A stretch of 64,000 bases of DNA from the NCBI GenBank assembly GCA_000002445.1, contig CP000066.1:800001-864000 (forward strand), written 5' to 3'. Source of the stretch: Trypanosoma brucei (lineage: Eukaryota). Of the stretch, positions 9,741-20,760 are shown piece after piece (the stretch's first letter is position 1; each line of letters opens with the position of its first letter). A program made the translations under genes and the position numbers. The notes under the pieces are model-generated. The model was not told where the DNA came from and searched no databases. It saw only the letters and a list, made by a program, of their open reading frames with translations.

Positions 9741-12098
9741 CTACCAACTGCCAAACGGACCAGTTGGTTGCAACTTCTGCTGTAACTCACGCAGCTTTGA
9801 CTGCTTCTCCAAGACAGCAACCTGCGCCTCCGCCACCTGCCGCCTTTTAACCTCCAGAGCTTCTTTTGCTGCAGCCCACTTCGCCTGCCGTTGGGCCGCA
9901 AGCGCCAACTTTTCCTTCACAGCCTTCACCTCCTTATGCACGGCCAGTAGTTCTAAGAGATCTTTGTGAGTTGGCTGCATAGCTAGCCACTTCCTTCGCT
10001 TCAGCAACTCCTCACCCCGCCTTCGCGCAAACTGGATCTCTTCCCGAAGCTCTTCCTTGTGTTCGCTTGCCACTATGTCCAAAACATCCCCGAACCCATT
10101 TTCATCAGATTCGACGCTAATTTCCAGCGGCTCTTCAGATTGATGTGTCTCCTCAGACACCGTCAGTCTTCGCTGCTGTTCCACCGCATCATGGAGAACC
10201 CGCCGCAGCCCCTCTGCAGCACCCCCGTACGCCAGCTGATCCGTGTTTTCGGCAACCTGAATGAAGAAGCGACGTACCTCCAGCAGCCGCTGCACGTTCT
10301 GCTGATTTCGCATCATTAGTTCATCCAGTGCCTTGGAAGATGCCTCTGAAAACTGATGTATGCATGCGCGGGAAGACTCTTCCATCTCATCTAGCAACCC
10401 TTCAACACCATCTTCACTACCTTGAAACACTCTCTCAGCGCAGAGGGCAAATGCCTCATCATCACCGTCAAGCATCACTACTTGTCTGATATGCTCCACG
10501 ATCCTCGCCCTTTGTTGCAGCACTCGGTTCAACGAAGTGAGGGATTGTAATAATAGCCCCTGTATTTCACTATAGCACCGGTAGAACAGCATTTGTAAAT
10601 TCACAACAGGAGAATCGTTATCTACCGTAGCATCGCGCAGTGTCCGACAAAGAGCCGCGGCGCTGGAGTTCTGCTTCAACAGCTTTTGCGAAAGCAAATT
10701 TAACCACTTCACCTTCTCTGAGGAGGCTCCATTCTTCATACAGTCCTCATCGGTGCATGAGCTTTCTTGAGGTTCACCAGCGTTTGACACCAACGTACTT
10801 GCGTCCAGGTTGAATAACTTTCTCAGTCGAAGCACTTCCAACCCCAATTCCTCGGCCTCAGACTCTAACTCCTCGCAGAGAGTTGTCACGGACATCGCAA
10901 AAACACTGGGGGCATTTTGATGTGACAGCGACACAACATGCGGTAATGCCTGGAGATGACTCAGCGTAGCATCCAAGTGGTGCAGTGTGGTATTCATCTG
11001 CCTGATGTCCACTTCGGCGGAGAAGACCTCCGGGGGTAATAAATTATTCGCATTAAAGGAAAGAGAAGAATTACCGCTAAAAGCCCTGCTGCGAGTGCGA
11101 AAATACCACTCCAGTGAGTCATGCACTAGTTCTTGCAAAGACGAAACGATAGCCATCACACGCGTGCTTAGCAGTTCCACACTGCCATAAACGCTCTCAC
11201 AGTTCTGTAATTGAAGAAACAACTCAGATATCAGAGCCTGTATGAGTAAGACCGAGGAACCAAGTGGTCCCTCACTGTCCAACTTGGAGGCAGCAGCTCT
11301 GCAAGCTTCAATGTACCGGCGCTCGCCCTGAAGATCAAAAGAAGGAAGCCGTGGCAATTCACCGAGTACGCCGACTATCCGGGACCGGATTTCCTCCGCA
11401 GTGTCAGTGGTTTCCATTAATTCCCTAATTCGCGGTGCTGAGCTCTGAAGGATATCTGAAGCTAACCGCTGAAGGGTATTGCATTCTTGTTCAACCATCT
11501 GCATCAGTTCCACCATGGCGTCGTCACCGTTTATTACGTCACTACCACTATAATAATTTGCGTCTGCGGAATCCTTCGCCCTGCGACACAACTCCATCTC
11601 TTGACGAACACGCAAAACAGTGGCCCTCAAAAGCTCTACGGACTCCTGCATGCTTTCATTGTCTTTTGTCTTTGCTGAAAGCTCGGCGGCGTATTCTTCG
11701 TCCCTCCTGCTTATCTCAGATTCCAGGCCAGCCGATTTGACAACTAATGCATTGTATTCATCTTCTTCCAAACCAGTGTCATACTCCGCGAGAAGCGTCG
11801 CCGTGGGAACGACTTCTACCGGCACACCACCGCCCGTGTTGGCCTCGTGCACAGCCGAGCCTGGTGTAGCTGGAGAATGGGATGAGGTGCTTGAAGGGCC
11901 GCCAAAGTGCTCATGATCATGCTTTTGCTTCTCCCACCGTTCCTGTTGGATTGCAAACAACGAAGGGTTCGCTGACGTGCCAGTTCCCACAGCATCACTA
12001 TCATCGCCCTCCCGCGCTCTCTTCCTTGTGGTGGACAACTGGGAGGCAGTTGGTTCCCCATCATCTTCAGCAAACGGATTATCTTCAAATGCTGACAT
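9741..12098 (-). CDS. Conserved hypothetical protein with C-terminal coiled-coil (approx. 785 aa)
   Basis: Long ORF. First ATG at 12096-12098 (the track start is GTG). The C-terminal about 150 aa are K/E/Q/A-rich heptad-like (QAKWAAAKEALEVKRRQVAEAQVAVLEKQSKLRELQQ). Confidence 0.55.
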   Translation of the reverse strand: MSAFEDNPFAEDDGEPTASQLSTTRKRAREGDDSDAVGTGTSANPSLFAIQQERWEKQKHDHEHFGGPSSTSSHSPATPGSAVHEANTGGGVPVEVVPTATLLAEYDTGLEEDEYNALVVKSAGLESEISRRDEEYAAELSAKTKDNESMQESVELLRATVLRVRQEMELCRRAKDSADANYYSGSDVINGDDAMVELMQMVEQECNTLQRLASDILQSSAPRIRELMETTDTAEEIRSRIVGVLGELPRLPSFDLQGERRYIEACRAAASKLDSEGPLGSSVLLIQALISELFLQLQNCESVYGSVELLSTRVMAIVSSLQELVHDSLEWYFRTRSRAFSGNSSLSFNANNLLPPEVFSAEVDIRQMNTTLHHLDATLSHLQALPHVVSLSHQNAPSVFAMSVTTLCEELESEAEELGLEVLRLRKLFNLDASTLVSNAGEPQESSCTDEDCMKNGASSEKVKWLNLLSQKLLKQNSSAAALCRTLRDATVDNDSPVVNLQMLFYRCYSEIQGLLLQSLTSLNRVLQQRARIVEHIRQVVMLDGDDEAFALCAERVFQGSEDGVEGLLDEMEESSRACIHQFSEASSKALDELMMRNQQNVQRLLEVRRFFIQVAENTDQLAYGGAAEGLRRVLHDAVEQQRRLTVSEETHQSEEPLEISVESDENGFGDVLDIVASEHKEELREEIQFARRRGEELLKRRKWLAMQPTHKDLLELLAVHKEVKAVKEKLALAAQRQAKWAAAKEALEVKRRQVAEAQVAVLEKQSKLRELQQKLQPTGPFGSW

Positions 12099-12937
12099 AT
12101 GCTTCTGAAGGCAATGCCAACACACCTACCACAAAATACGCGTCTCACTGAATGTAAGGAGAGGGGTAAAAGAGAAAACAAAGAACAAACATCCGTTTTC
12201 TTTTTTGTTTGGCAAACAGATAATGTTGGGTGAAAGCACGGGAAGCAGCCGAGCAGACTACCACAGGGGCACAAAGACAGAGGTGAAAAGGGGGTTCAAC
12301 AGGAGGATGCCACCAGCGCATACATATATATATATGTGTGTATATGAGTGGGGTACCTCCGATAAGGAAGGAAGGTAAACTTTATTTTTAAAAAAATAGG
12401 ATAAGGAACGCCAAGAAACAGTAACTTAATGGGCTGCACATATGTGTGTACGCAAACAAACACACACACACACGCAAGCACCAACATTCCTCGTCCATTT
12501 TCCACTTCTCATAGCTCTCCGTTTTTTGTTCTACCTACCAGGGGCTCGGACACAACATATTTGTTGTTATCGGTATATGTGTATTTGCTGGTGTTGCCGT
12601 GGTTTTAGTTGTGTTTTTCTTTTTCATTATAATGCTCTTTGTAATTATTCCCTTTTTATTTTGTTCTTTCATGGCTGCCCCAACGACCATTTACTTGCAG
12701 CTGCAATGATTCACATCCAGTGCGCACGTACATCCGTGCACTCCTGACAAGAAAATAAGTTGGAAGCTTTAAAGCGCCTGATCCAACACAAATTAGCTGT
12801 GGCGCACACACACGTACATTCACATTCATTAATAGCAGTATCAAGATCAACATGGAAATCATCGGCTGCAAAAACGCACACACGCACGTGTATAAATATG
12901 CATATGTTGAAGATACAAATTTATTTATGCTTATATA

Positions 12938-13000
12938 TATATATATATATATATAAGCATATATATAAGCATATATATATATATATATATATCGTCTCCC
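12938..13000. repeat. (TA)n microsatellite with interspersed AAGCA
   Basis: tatatatatatatatataagcatatatataagcatatatatatatatatatatc read directly. Confidence 0.9.
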
Positions 13001-13205
13001 TCCCTGACGCACAGGTATAATAATTAGCCCATCAGTCAGATGCAAGTGCAGTGTAGATATACAACACGGCATCTGTCCAATATATATATTATAAACAGAG
13101 AAAGCGAGAGCGAAAAAGAAGGGGAAGAAAGATCTCATTCTCCCCATACATATATATATATATATATATATGTACGTTCCCCGTCGACTTAACGGCTCCG
13201 CAGCT

Positions 13206-14409
13206 TTACTTCAGGTCTTGTAACAGGTGCAGCACCTGATGCACCTCTAAAAATTTGACACGGGGCCAATGCATTGCACGATCATTCCGCTGAAATGACC
13301 ACGGAATGGAGTCATTGTTACATCCCTCCTTCACAGCGTGGTGAAACTCGCCACACGCCTCAGTAAACAGAGACGGCTGTGGGGTGGGACCCCCCTCCTT
13401 TGCCTTAACACCTATGAGGAAATTGACAGACAAAAAACATGAAGAACCCCCCACGTGATTATCCTTTTTGGGCCTTATCTTACGCGGACAGGGACGGGCC
13501 TGTGCATGACGCTCTATGGAGTATATGAGGATTCGTAACCTGCTGGCCACATAGGAACTCCACACAGAAAGCGCCTGCTCAGTCTCCGCCATACTGTGGC
13601 CCGCACAACTTACACCCACAACAAGAAAGGTTGAATACTCTTCCTCTATTCTATACGGTTCCCACATCTCTTCCAACGGGAGAGTCCGCGCCTCCGTCAG
13701 AATGCATTGCACCCGTGTGATCTCGCTGTAAAGCGCCTCCAGCCCACATCGCCCAACGCTACTTGCATCGTTCACATATGGATACGCCGGACTGATCACG
13801 GGAAACAAATCGCAGCAAATTTTATCTTTCGACGGCTTCCATGAGTCTGGCAGCCCGGGAATGCGACCGCGACCCTCCAGAGTCGCAGTCAAATACACGG
13901 GTGAAATACGATCATGGCGGCTCATCCATTGCGTGTAGAAAAGAAAGAAAAATCGAAGAAGAGTACTGGGATGAGAAGATGGAAGCACCTGACAAACCCT
14001 AGCCACCATGATGGCAAGCACCGCGCCGTTCGGATACGTGTAGACATTGCCGTAAACCATCCGACGCATCGCCCATAGCTTTACTGTCTTCAGAACGGCA
14101 GTGAAGACATCGTACGGCACCGGAAGTCGCCGCTTAATCTCAAACGTGAAACGGATTCCGTTCGCACTGGGTCGGGTTTCTCGAGCCACCTTCAGTAGAA
14201 ACGAATCATCCAGCATCTGCTCCTCCGTAGGCGGCTGTGGCAGTCCAACAGAAACAAACACAACATCGACAGCTGTGCCTCTGTACTCAAATTTAACAAC
14301 GGGAACTCTGGCAGCGACTACAGACACGGGACCGACAGAGTTATATAACAACCTCGGAAACTCATCGAAAAAGATATCAGTCGTTAAAACAGATGGACAA
14401 ATCAGCGCG
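13206..14409 (-). CDS. PAP1: Poly(A) polymerase PAP1, exon 2 (central domain and C-terminus)
   Basis: Translation contains TTDIFFDEF...VPVVKFEY...VDVVF and FFFLFYTQW, the canonical-PAP central-domain signature. The frame is open upstream only to 14411, where a TGA stop sits. The minus-strand acceptor context is TTTGTGAAG|CGCGCTGATTTGTCCA, with a T10 tract about 75 nt upstream. Confidence 0.8.
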
Positions 14410-15059
14410 CTTCACAAATTCAACGTAATTCGGCGTTGTGATTGTTGTTGGTTGAAATGGTATGGTTGCGGGGTTTTGACAAAAAAAAAATGGAAAATCA
14501 GCATCCGTGTTTGCCGTCAGTACCATGTGCGGGTCACGAGTGCCACGACGACGAACAGACTCACATCAACAAAATATACACATATACACAAATGTATACG
14601 TGTACATATATGATTATACATGTATATGCATATTTAGATAATCACATCATTAACGAAGGAAGAAGCAATGGTCAATGTTGGAAATAAACACAAATGTATA
14701 GACAGTGAAAGCGAAACAGCACGCAGATCAGCCACGAAGGTTCGACAACCACGGCAAGATGAACGCGTCCAGACGTCGACAAGGCGATGGCGGCACGTGA
14801 AACGAGGAACAGGGAACGATGTGAGGAGGGGAAGAAAAGAAGAGGACGGGAGAAGAGCAGGGAAAAGATTACACGTAAAGCAGAAGCACGTTCCTTTAAG
14901 GGTTCACATGATCCAACATAAAATGAAAAAGGACCCAGAACACCAAAAAGGAAAAGAATAGTAAAGAAAGAGAGGAAGAAGAGGGGAGATGCATATACAA
15001 AGAGAGGAGAAAAGAAGAAGGGAGTAGAAAGGAGGGATTAAGGAAAGAACTCACCATAC
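14410..15059 (-). other. PAP1: cis-spliced intron of PAP1 (approx. 650 nt, GT..AG)
   Basis: On the minus strand the 5' end reads GAT GT|GTATGG and the 3' end reads ...TGAAG|CGCG. Joining 15060 to 14409 restores the reading frame, giving ...FGSCGLSASVAESDLDV-ALICPSVLTTDIFFDEF..., which parallels the PAP consensus GSDID.L.V.P..V.R.DFF. In-frame stops lie inside the interval. Confidence 0.7.
14465..14495 (-). promoter_or_regulatory. Polypyrimidine tract (T10, coding strand) upstream of the PAP1 intron 3' splice site
   Basis: Plus-strand a10 at 14481-14490 corresponds to T10 on the minus strand, about 75 nt 5' of the AG at 14411/14410. Confidence 0.45.
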
Positions 15060-15319
15060 ACATCGAGATCACTCTCTGCAACTGAAGCGGAAAGACCGCA
15101 TGAACCAAATGGGTAGGCACGTGCCCATTGTTCCTGAGTGTTTTGGGAGTGCCGCTGCACAATGCGAAGCGCCATCGACTCCACTAGCGTTAAAACCGGA
15201 TTGGGACTAATGGAAGGGCATTCGGCCAACACGCCGTAAAGCATCTCAGACTCGTCGTAGTCATGGTCTTGTGGACGGGGAACCTCTAGTGGTTTCGTTG
15301 GGCCATACATCCACTCCAT
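15060..15319 (-). CDS. PAP1: Poly(A) polymerase PAP1, exon 1 (N-terminal nucleotidyltransferase motif)
   Basis: MEWMYGPTKPLEV...LTLVESMALRIVQ...AYPFGSCGLSASVAESDLDV matches the PAP N-terminus, including the FGS.....SD.D catalytic motif. ATG at 15317-15319. The ORF-track start at 15421 is GTG and gives a low-complexity leader. Confidence 0.7.
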
Positions 15320-15460
15320 CAAATAAAGTGTTTCTTCCTTCAACGTAACACATAGAAGTAAAAGAAGCCACACAAGCGGGGATATTGAAAAAATGGAAAG
15401 GTGAGAAAAAAAATAGAGCACATAAAAAGGTGCATCAACGCGTAGGAAAGTGGAGGAGGC

Positions 15461-15462
<2 letters not shown>

Positions 15463-15498
<36 letters not shown>
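15463..15498. repeat. (TA)17 microsatellite in the PAP1 upstream region
   Basis: catatatatatatatatatatatatatatatatatcg read directly. Confidence 0.9.
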
Positions 15499-15499
<1 letters not shown>

Positions 15500-15896
15500 T
15501 TCCTAGGAACAAAGTGACAGGTGGTTGAAGGGCAACAACTGGAGTATCTGGTATGTTTGCTCTATAAATACACTGCATGTTCCCAGGCCACTGCCACTTG
15601 GCTAATAACCTTGAACTATGCACTTACGCATAGCCGGTAATATGCTGCCCACTCACTCAACACAACGAACGAAATCAGTGGCGTGGGTGTTTCCACGATG
15701 GCACACACGATCGTAGTGGAAGAAAAAAAGAGGAAAGAAGTGTGGAATATTTCATACATTCATATGTCTCTTCGACACCCGAAAGACGATATCTCTACTT
15801 TGCTGCCACACATACACACACACACACATACGCACAGCTACATAGCCCGCAAGCCCCTCGCCGCGATATTCAACTCGGCACGTTAGTGTGACTCCT

Positions 15897-17861
15897 CTAG
15901 ACGGCGGCACGAGGTAGATAATCCGAGCTTGCTGACAGCTTCATTACTTCCTCATGGAGAATGCTGCTCGAGTGGGGAATAACAAAGCGGTCCCCAGCTG
16001 AAGCCACAAGCGCCTGCCCGTCGGTCAGTTGGTCAACGGATGTTACCTCACAACCTGTAGCGTCGTATATTGTGTCCACTTTCTTCCCAAGAGCGTGCCA
16101 CTCCAACTCCCTCTCGACTGTGTTCATGACGGCACGCATCGTTTTGTGCGCAGGCCTTAGTGTTACGGTACGAAAGGGGAATCGGTCGTTATTCCTGTCG
16201 CCATACTCTCCGTTCTCAAACACACGCACGGATATCGGTCTCAGGATTCCCTTTCCCGGGGCTGTATGGGGAGCACAATGCACTCTCTCCTGCTGTTTCG
16301 GCTGCTGTTTCGGTTGTTGCTTTGGTTGGCCACCTGCTGCACCAGAACCTCCAATCGAATGTGACTTCCTCACGGGCGTGCCCGTGGCAGGCCGGCCAGC
16401 CGGAATCCTCGAAGCCTCCGCACTTGCTGCTTCCACCTTTACACCCTTTGAGGGCGCCGGAGGGCAAGCATACACATGACCAGTCGTTGCCACAAGAGAT
16501 ATGCCATCCGTGATAAACTCCGCACGTGCGATTTCAACGCCTTCAGTGGTGAACAAACGCTTCACCCGCCTTCCAGAGGACTCCCAACCAAGCGCTTGCG
16601 TGAGTATATCTAATACACACGGCAGTGTCTTTGCTTGTCCGCTCAGAACAACTTGCTTAAACTGCAATGCAATTTGCCCAGGAAGCACTCCTGCCACCTT
16701 GCACCGCCTCGGCTTCGCAGTCACATCCTTGCTATCAAGTCGTGGAATCCCCGTGGCTCCATCATTCAGGGAGTATTTAGGCTGGTAATTTGTTGGACAG
16801 CCGGTGGGTAGGGAACGATGGTTTCCACCCCTGGGAACACATGCTTCCGGCGGTTTCACCTGAGGAGACGCAATTTCAACGGCTGGTGACTCGCGAGGAC
16901 CGCGGGACCCTGGAGGGCGGCTGCTCGCCAATGCAACACCACCGCTGCCCCTCTCCCTCGGAGTATTTAACGGTTTCGCAGCTCCGTCCTTCTTCTGGAC
17001 ACGAGACTTCGTGGTTAACGTAGGAGAAACTCCCTCAGTCCTCAGAGTGTCAGATCCCGATCTCCTAGTTTCCGTACAACTAGACAGCGAAGGGTTGCTT
17101 TCAGCAGCAGCACGAGCGGAGGAAGAAACCAGCATCGGCTTGCCCCCACAGCGAATAATTGTGGGGGGAGCTGGTGTTGCCGCATTCCACAGTTCGTCCG
17201 TCGATGGAAGCCTTGTCGAGTCAAATCTCTTATTTGCTTTTAACTCCGAAGACCTCCTAAGCTCCTTAGCATTCTGCACACAAGCTGCACGCCTTAGTTC
17301 CCCAATCATTTCCCATGTAGGCTGCGGGGGGGCCTCAGGCTTCGACTGAGGGGTAACACCAGGAGCGGTTTCACCTCCAGTGGAAGTCTCACAACGCGGT
17401 TTCTGTTGCCCAGAGCTATTCTTCGCAGAACCTCTCCCTCTATCCTCGATGTCAAGGCACTCAGTGAGAAATACTTTGGAGGCACCGTCAGCGAATCTCA
17501 TCTCTACTGCTGACTTTCCTTGAAATGAGGGTATGACACGGGTGATCTTCCCTCGTTCGCCCAGGTACACTTGTTTCACAGGGTCAGGAATAAAAATGCC
17601 TTTTTCCTCACGGAGTAAAGTGGACATATCGTCGATCGTCTGAACATAGTCCCCAACACGCAGAATCATCTCTCCCACTTTGAGGGAAGTTGGCTCCTCC
17701 TCAGCTGCCTTTCTCAGGGCTGCCTGGGCAACCTCCGCAGCGGTCATCTCTAAATTCTTGCCAGCCAGCTCATCAAACGCCCTCTGTTCCCTCTCCCTCT
17801 CCTGACGGAGGATCTCAAGCTTTAACTGTATTTCCTCCCGCTTCGATGCCGCTGTATGCAT
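15897..17861 (-). CDS. Hypothetical protein with N-terminal coiled-coil and two C-terminal doublecortin (DCX)-like ubiquitin-fold domains
   Basis: 654-aa ORF with ATG at 17859-17861. Two segments (…RRVKRLFTTEGVEIARAEFITDGISLVATTG… and …KKVDTIYDATGCEVTSVDQLTDGQALVASAGDRFV…) fit the DCX pattern (R.F.NG...v...l.dG...Va.g). The middle is low-complexity S/P/G-rich with a QPKQQPKQQPKQQ stretch. Confidence 0.6.
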   Translation of the reverse strand: MHTAASKREEIQLKLEILRQEREREQRAFDELAGKNLEMTAAEVAQAALRKAAEEEPTSLKVGEMILRVGDYVQTIDDMSTLLREEKGIFIPDPVKQVYLGERGKITRVIPSFQGKSAVEMRFADGASKVFLTECLDIEDRGRGSAKNSSGQQKPRCETSTGGETAPGVTPQSKPEAPPQPTWEMIGELRRAACVQNAKELRRSSELKANKRFDSTRLPSTDELWNAATPAPPTIIRCGGKPMLVSSSARAAAESNPSLSSCTETRRSGSDTLRTEGVSPTLTTKSRVQKKDGAAKPLNTPRERGSGGVALASSRPPGSRGPRESPAVEIASPQVKPPEACVPRGGNHRSLPTGCPTNYQPKYSLNDGATGIPRLDSKDVTAKPRRCKVAGVLPGQIALQFKQVVLSGQAKTLPCVLDILTQALGWESSGRRVKRLFTTEGVEIARAEFITDGISLVATTGHVYACPPAPSKGVKVEAASAEASRIPAGRPATGTPVRKSHSIGGSGAAGGQPKQQPKQQPKQQERVHCAPHTAPGKGILRPISVRVFENGEYGDRNNDRFPFRTVTLRPAHKTMRAVMNTVERELEWHALGKKVDTIYDATGCEVTSVDQLTDGQALVASAGDRFVIPHSSSILHEEVMKLSASSDYLPRAAV

Positions 17862-18609
17862 CTTTTACGAGTGTTTCACAAATTAAAATAACACAATGGG
17901 CCGTCTTCCCACAGAGCCTTTACGACAGTACTAACCAGTCAGTCCAGCAGAATAAAGCAAAGAAAAAACAGGGCTGTTGCAGAGAGTTAAGATGCTAGCT
18001 CATGTCGATGAGTGAAAGAAAGAGTGTAGAAAAAGAAAGCTACCAGCAGGTGCTTACGAAAAAAACAACACTCACGCCCTTTTTCACCAAAGGAAGTGCA
18101 GCACATGGTTTAACACACACACAAAAACTTCCCACTCACAACGAAATAAAGGCAACAACACACCTCAACATCCAAGTTATTGTCACCACACACATAATTA
18201 CACACGCACGCATATGCGTGCAAGCATCAAACAAAAAAAAGAACAAAACAGAGCGATTACGCTAGTTGTGAATGAACAACAGAAACACAACCAGGCTACA
18301 CCCTCTCAACACAAGTACCACCACATATTCACATTTCTATGTATGTACGTGCTCAACGAAAACGAAAGGTGGCGAAAGCACGAAACAAGCCCCAACACAG
18401 GCATATGCAATAACAGCACAACACAAACTAGTAAAAGGAACAGTGAACCGCCATATCACACACCTTCAATAAGATTAATTGCTAACATTTTTGGTATCCT
18501 CCATTTTACCTGTGAAGGATTCATCGTCAAATGAAACTAAAGAAGGGTAGAAAACAAAGAAAACACCAAATAAGGTACCTGACGCAGCGGCAACACCACG
18601 TCGACTTGC

Positions 18610-20760
18610 TTAAGCATTCCCAGAAGAGGCACCAAATGAGAAGGGATTCCGTGGAGCATTGTTCTTTTCACCACTTGCTGAAGCATTCCCAGCAGAGGCA
18701 CCAAATGAGAAGGGATTCCGTGGAGCATTGTCCTTTTCACCACTTGCTGAAGCATTCCCAGCAGAGGCACCAAATGAGAAGGGATTCCGTGGAGCATTGT
18801 CCTTTTCACCACTTGCTGAAGCATTCCCAGCAGAGGCACCAAATGAGAAGGGATTCCGTGGAGCATTGTCCTTTTCACCACTTGCTGAAGCATTCCCAGC
18901 AGAGGCACCAAATGAGAAGGGATTCCGTGGAGCATTGTCCTTTTCACCACTTGCTGAAGCATTCCCAGCAGAGGCACCAAATGAGAAAGGATTACTCGGG
19001 GTGCGAGTGACACCTGAAGTTGAACCTGCAGTTGGAGATGGTGACCCGTCTTCGTCATCACCTCCAGCGTTGTCAGCGAAACCCTCATCATCAAACGGGA
19101 CAGCAGATGGGCCACTTTTAAAGAAACCACCAGATGAAGCTGTCTTTGAAGTCACAGCCCCAATACCCGAGCTCGCTGCAGCACTTCCAGCAGAGGCACC
19201 AAATGAGAAGGGATTCCGTGGAGCATTGTCCTTTTCACCACTTGCTGAAGCATTCCCAGCAGAGGCACCAAATGAGAAGGGATTCCGTGGAGCATTGTCC
19301 TTTTCACCACTTGCTGAAGCATTCCCAGCAGAGGCACCAAATGAGAAGGGATTCCGTGGAGCATTGTTCTTTTCACCACTTGCTGAAGCATTCCCAGCAG
19401 AGGCACCAAATGAGAAGGGATTCCGTGGAGCATTGTTCTTTTCACCACTTGCTGAAGCATTCCCAGCAGAGGCACCAAATGAGAAGGGATTCCGTGGAGC
19501 ATTGTTCTTTTCACCACTTGCTGAAGCATTCCCAGCAGAGGCACCAAATGAGAAAGGATTACTCGGGGTGCGAGTGACACCTGAAGTTGAACCTGCAGTT
19601 GGAGATGGTGACCCGTCTTCGTCATCACCTCCAGCGTTGTCAGCGAAACCCTCATCATCAAACGGGACAGCAGATGGGCCACTTTTAAAGAAACCACCAG
19701 ATGAAGCTGTCTTTGAAGTCACAGCCCCAATACCCGAGCTCGCTGCAGCACTTCCAGCAGAGGCACCAAATGAGAAGGGATTCCGTGGAGCATTGTCCTT
19801 TTCACCACTTGCTGAAGCATTCCCAGCAGAGGCACCAAATGAGAAAGGATTACTCGGGGTGCGAGTGACACCTGAAGTTGAACCTGCAGTTGGAGATGGT
19901 GACCCGTCTTCGTCATCACCTCCAGCGTTGTCAGCGAAACCCTCATCATCAAACGGGACAGCAGATGGGCCACTTTTAAAGAAACCACCAGATGAAGCTG
20001 TCTTTGAAGTCACAGCCCCAATACCCGAGCTCGCTGCAGCACTTCCAGCAGAGGCACCAAATGAGAAGGGATTCCGTGGAGCATTGTCCTTTTCACCACT
20101 TGCTGAAGCATTCCCAGCAGAGGCACCAAATGAGAAGGGATTCCGTGGAGCATTGTCCTTTTCACCACTTGCTGAAGCATTCCCAGCAGAGGCACCTGAT
20201 GAGAAAGGATTACTCGGGGTGCGAGTGACACCTGAAGTTGAACCTGCAGTTGGAGATGGTGACCCGTCTTCGTCATCACCTCCAGCGTTGTCAGCGAAAC
20301 CCTCATCATCAAACGGGACAGCAGATGGGCCACTTTTAAAGAAACCACCAGATGAAGCTGTCTTTGAAGTCACAGCCCCAATGCCCGAGCTCGCTGCAGC
20401 ACTTCCAGCAGAGGCACCAAATGAGAAGGGATTCCGTGGAGCATTGTCCTTTTCACCACTTGCTGAAGCATTCCCAGCAGAGGCACCAAATGAGAAGGGA
20501 TTCCGTGGAGCATTGTCCTTTTCACCACTTGCTGAAGCATTCCCAGCAGAGGCACCAAATGAGAAGGGATTCCGTGGAGCATTGTCCTTTTCACCACTTG
20601 CTGCAGCACTTCCAGCAGAGGCACCAAATGAGAAAGGATTCCGTGGAGCATTGTTCTTTTCACCACTTGCTGAAGCATTCCCAGCAGAGGCACCTGATGA
20701 GAAGGGATTACTCGGGGTGCGAGTGGTACCTGAAGTTGGGCCTGCGACGTGTGCAGCCTT
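18610..20760 (-). repeat. Nested coding tandem repeat: 69-nt (23-aa FG) unit inside an approx. 290-560 nt super-repeat
   Basis: Near-identical 69-nt copies are visible at 18665, 18734, 18803 and onward. The spacer block recurs at approx. 18985, 19549, 19841, 20202 and 20698, with variable numbers of 69-nt units between. Confidence 0.85.

Noticed and set aside
14352-15059. Possibility that the PAP ORF interruption is a pseudogenising frameshift or assembly error
   Set aside because: The interruption is flanked by a good GT donor and by a polyY tract with an AG acceptor. Splicing restores frame exactly at the conserved PAP junction, and the size matches the known trypanosome PAP1 intron. A pseudogene would not be expected to show this. 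It remains testable by cDNA.
15320-15421. Upstream extensions of ORF-track proteins from non-ATG starts (PAP exon 1 from 15421; also 8211, 12125, 21618, 32770, 37508, 38672, 62106, 63843)
   Set aside because: These tracked starts are TTG, GTG or CAA codons, read directly from the sequence. The extra N-terminal residues are hydrophobic low-complexity typical of translated UTR. The CDS were trimmed to the first in-frame ATG.
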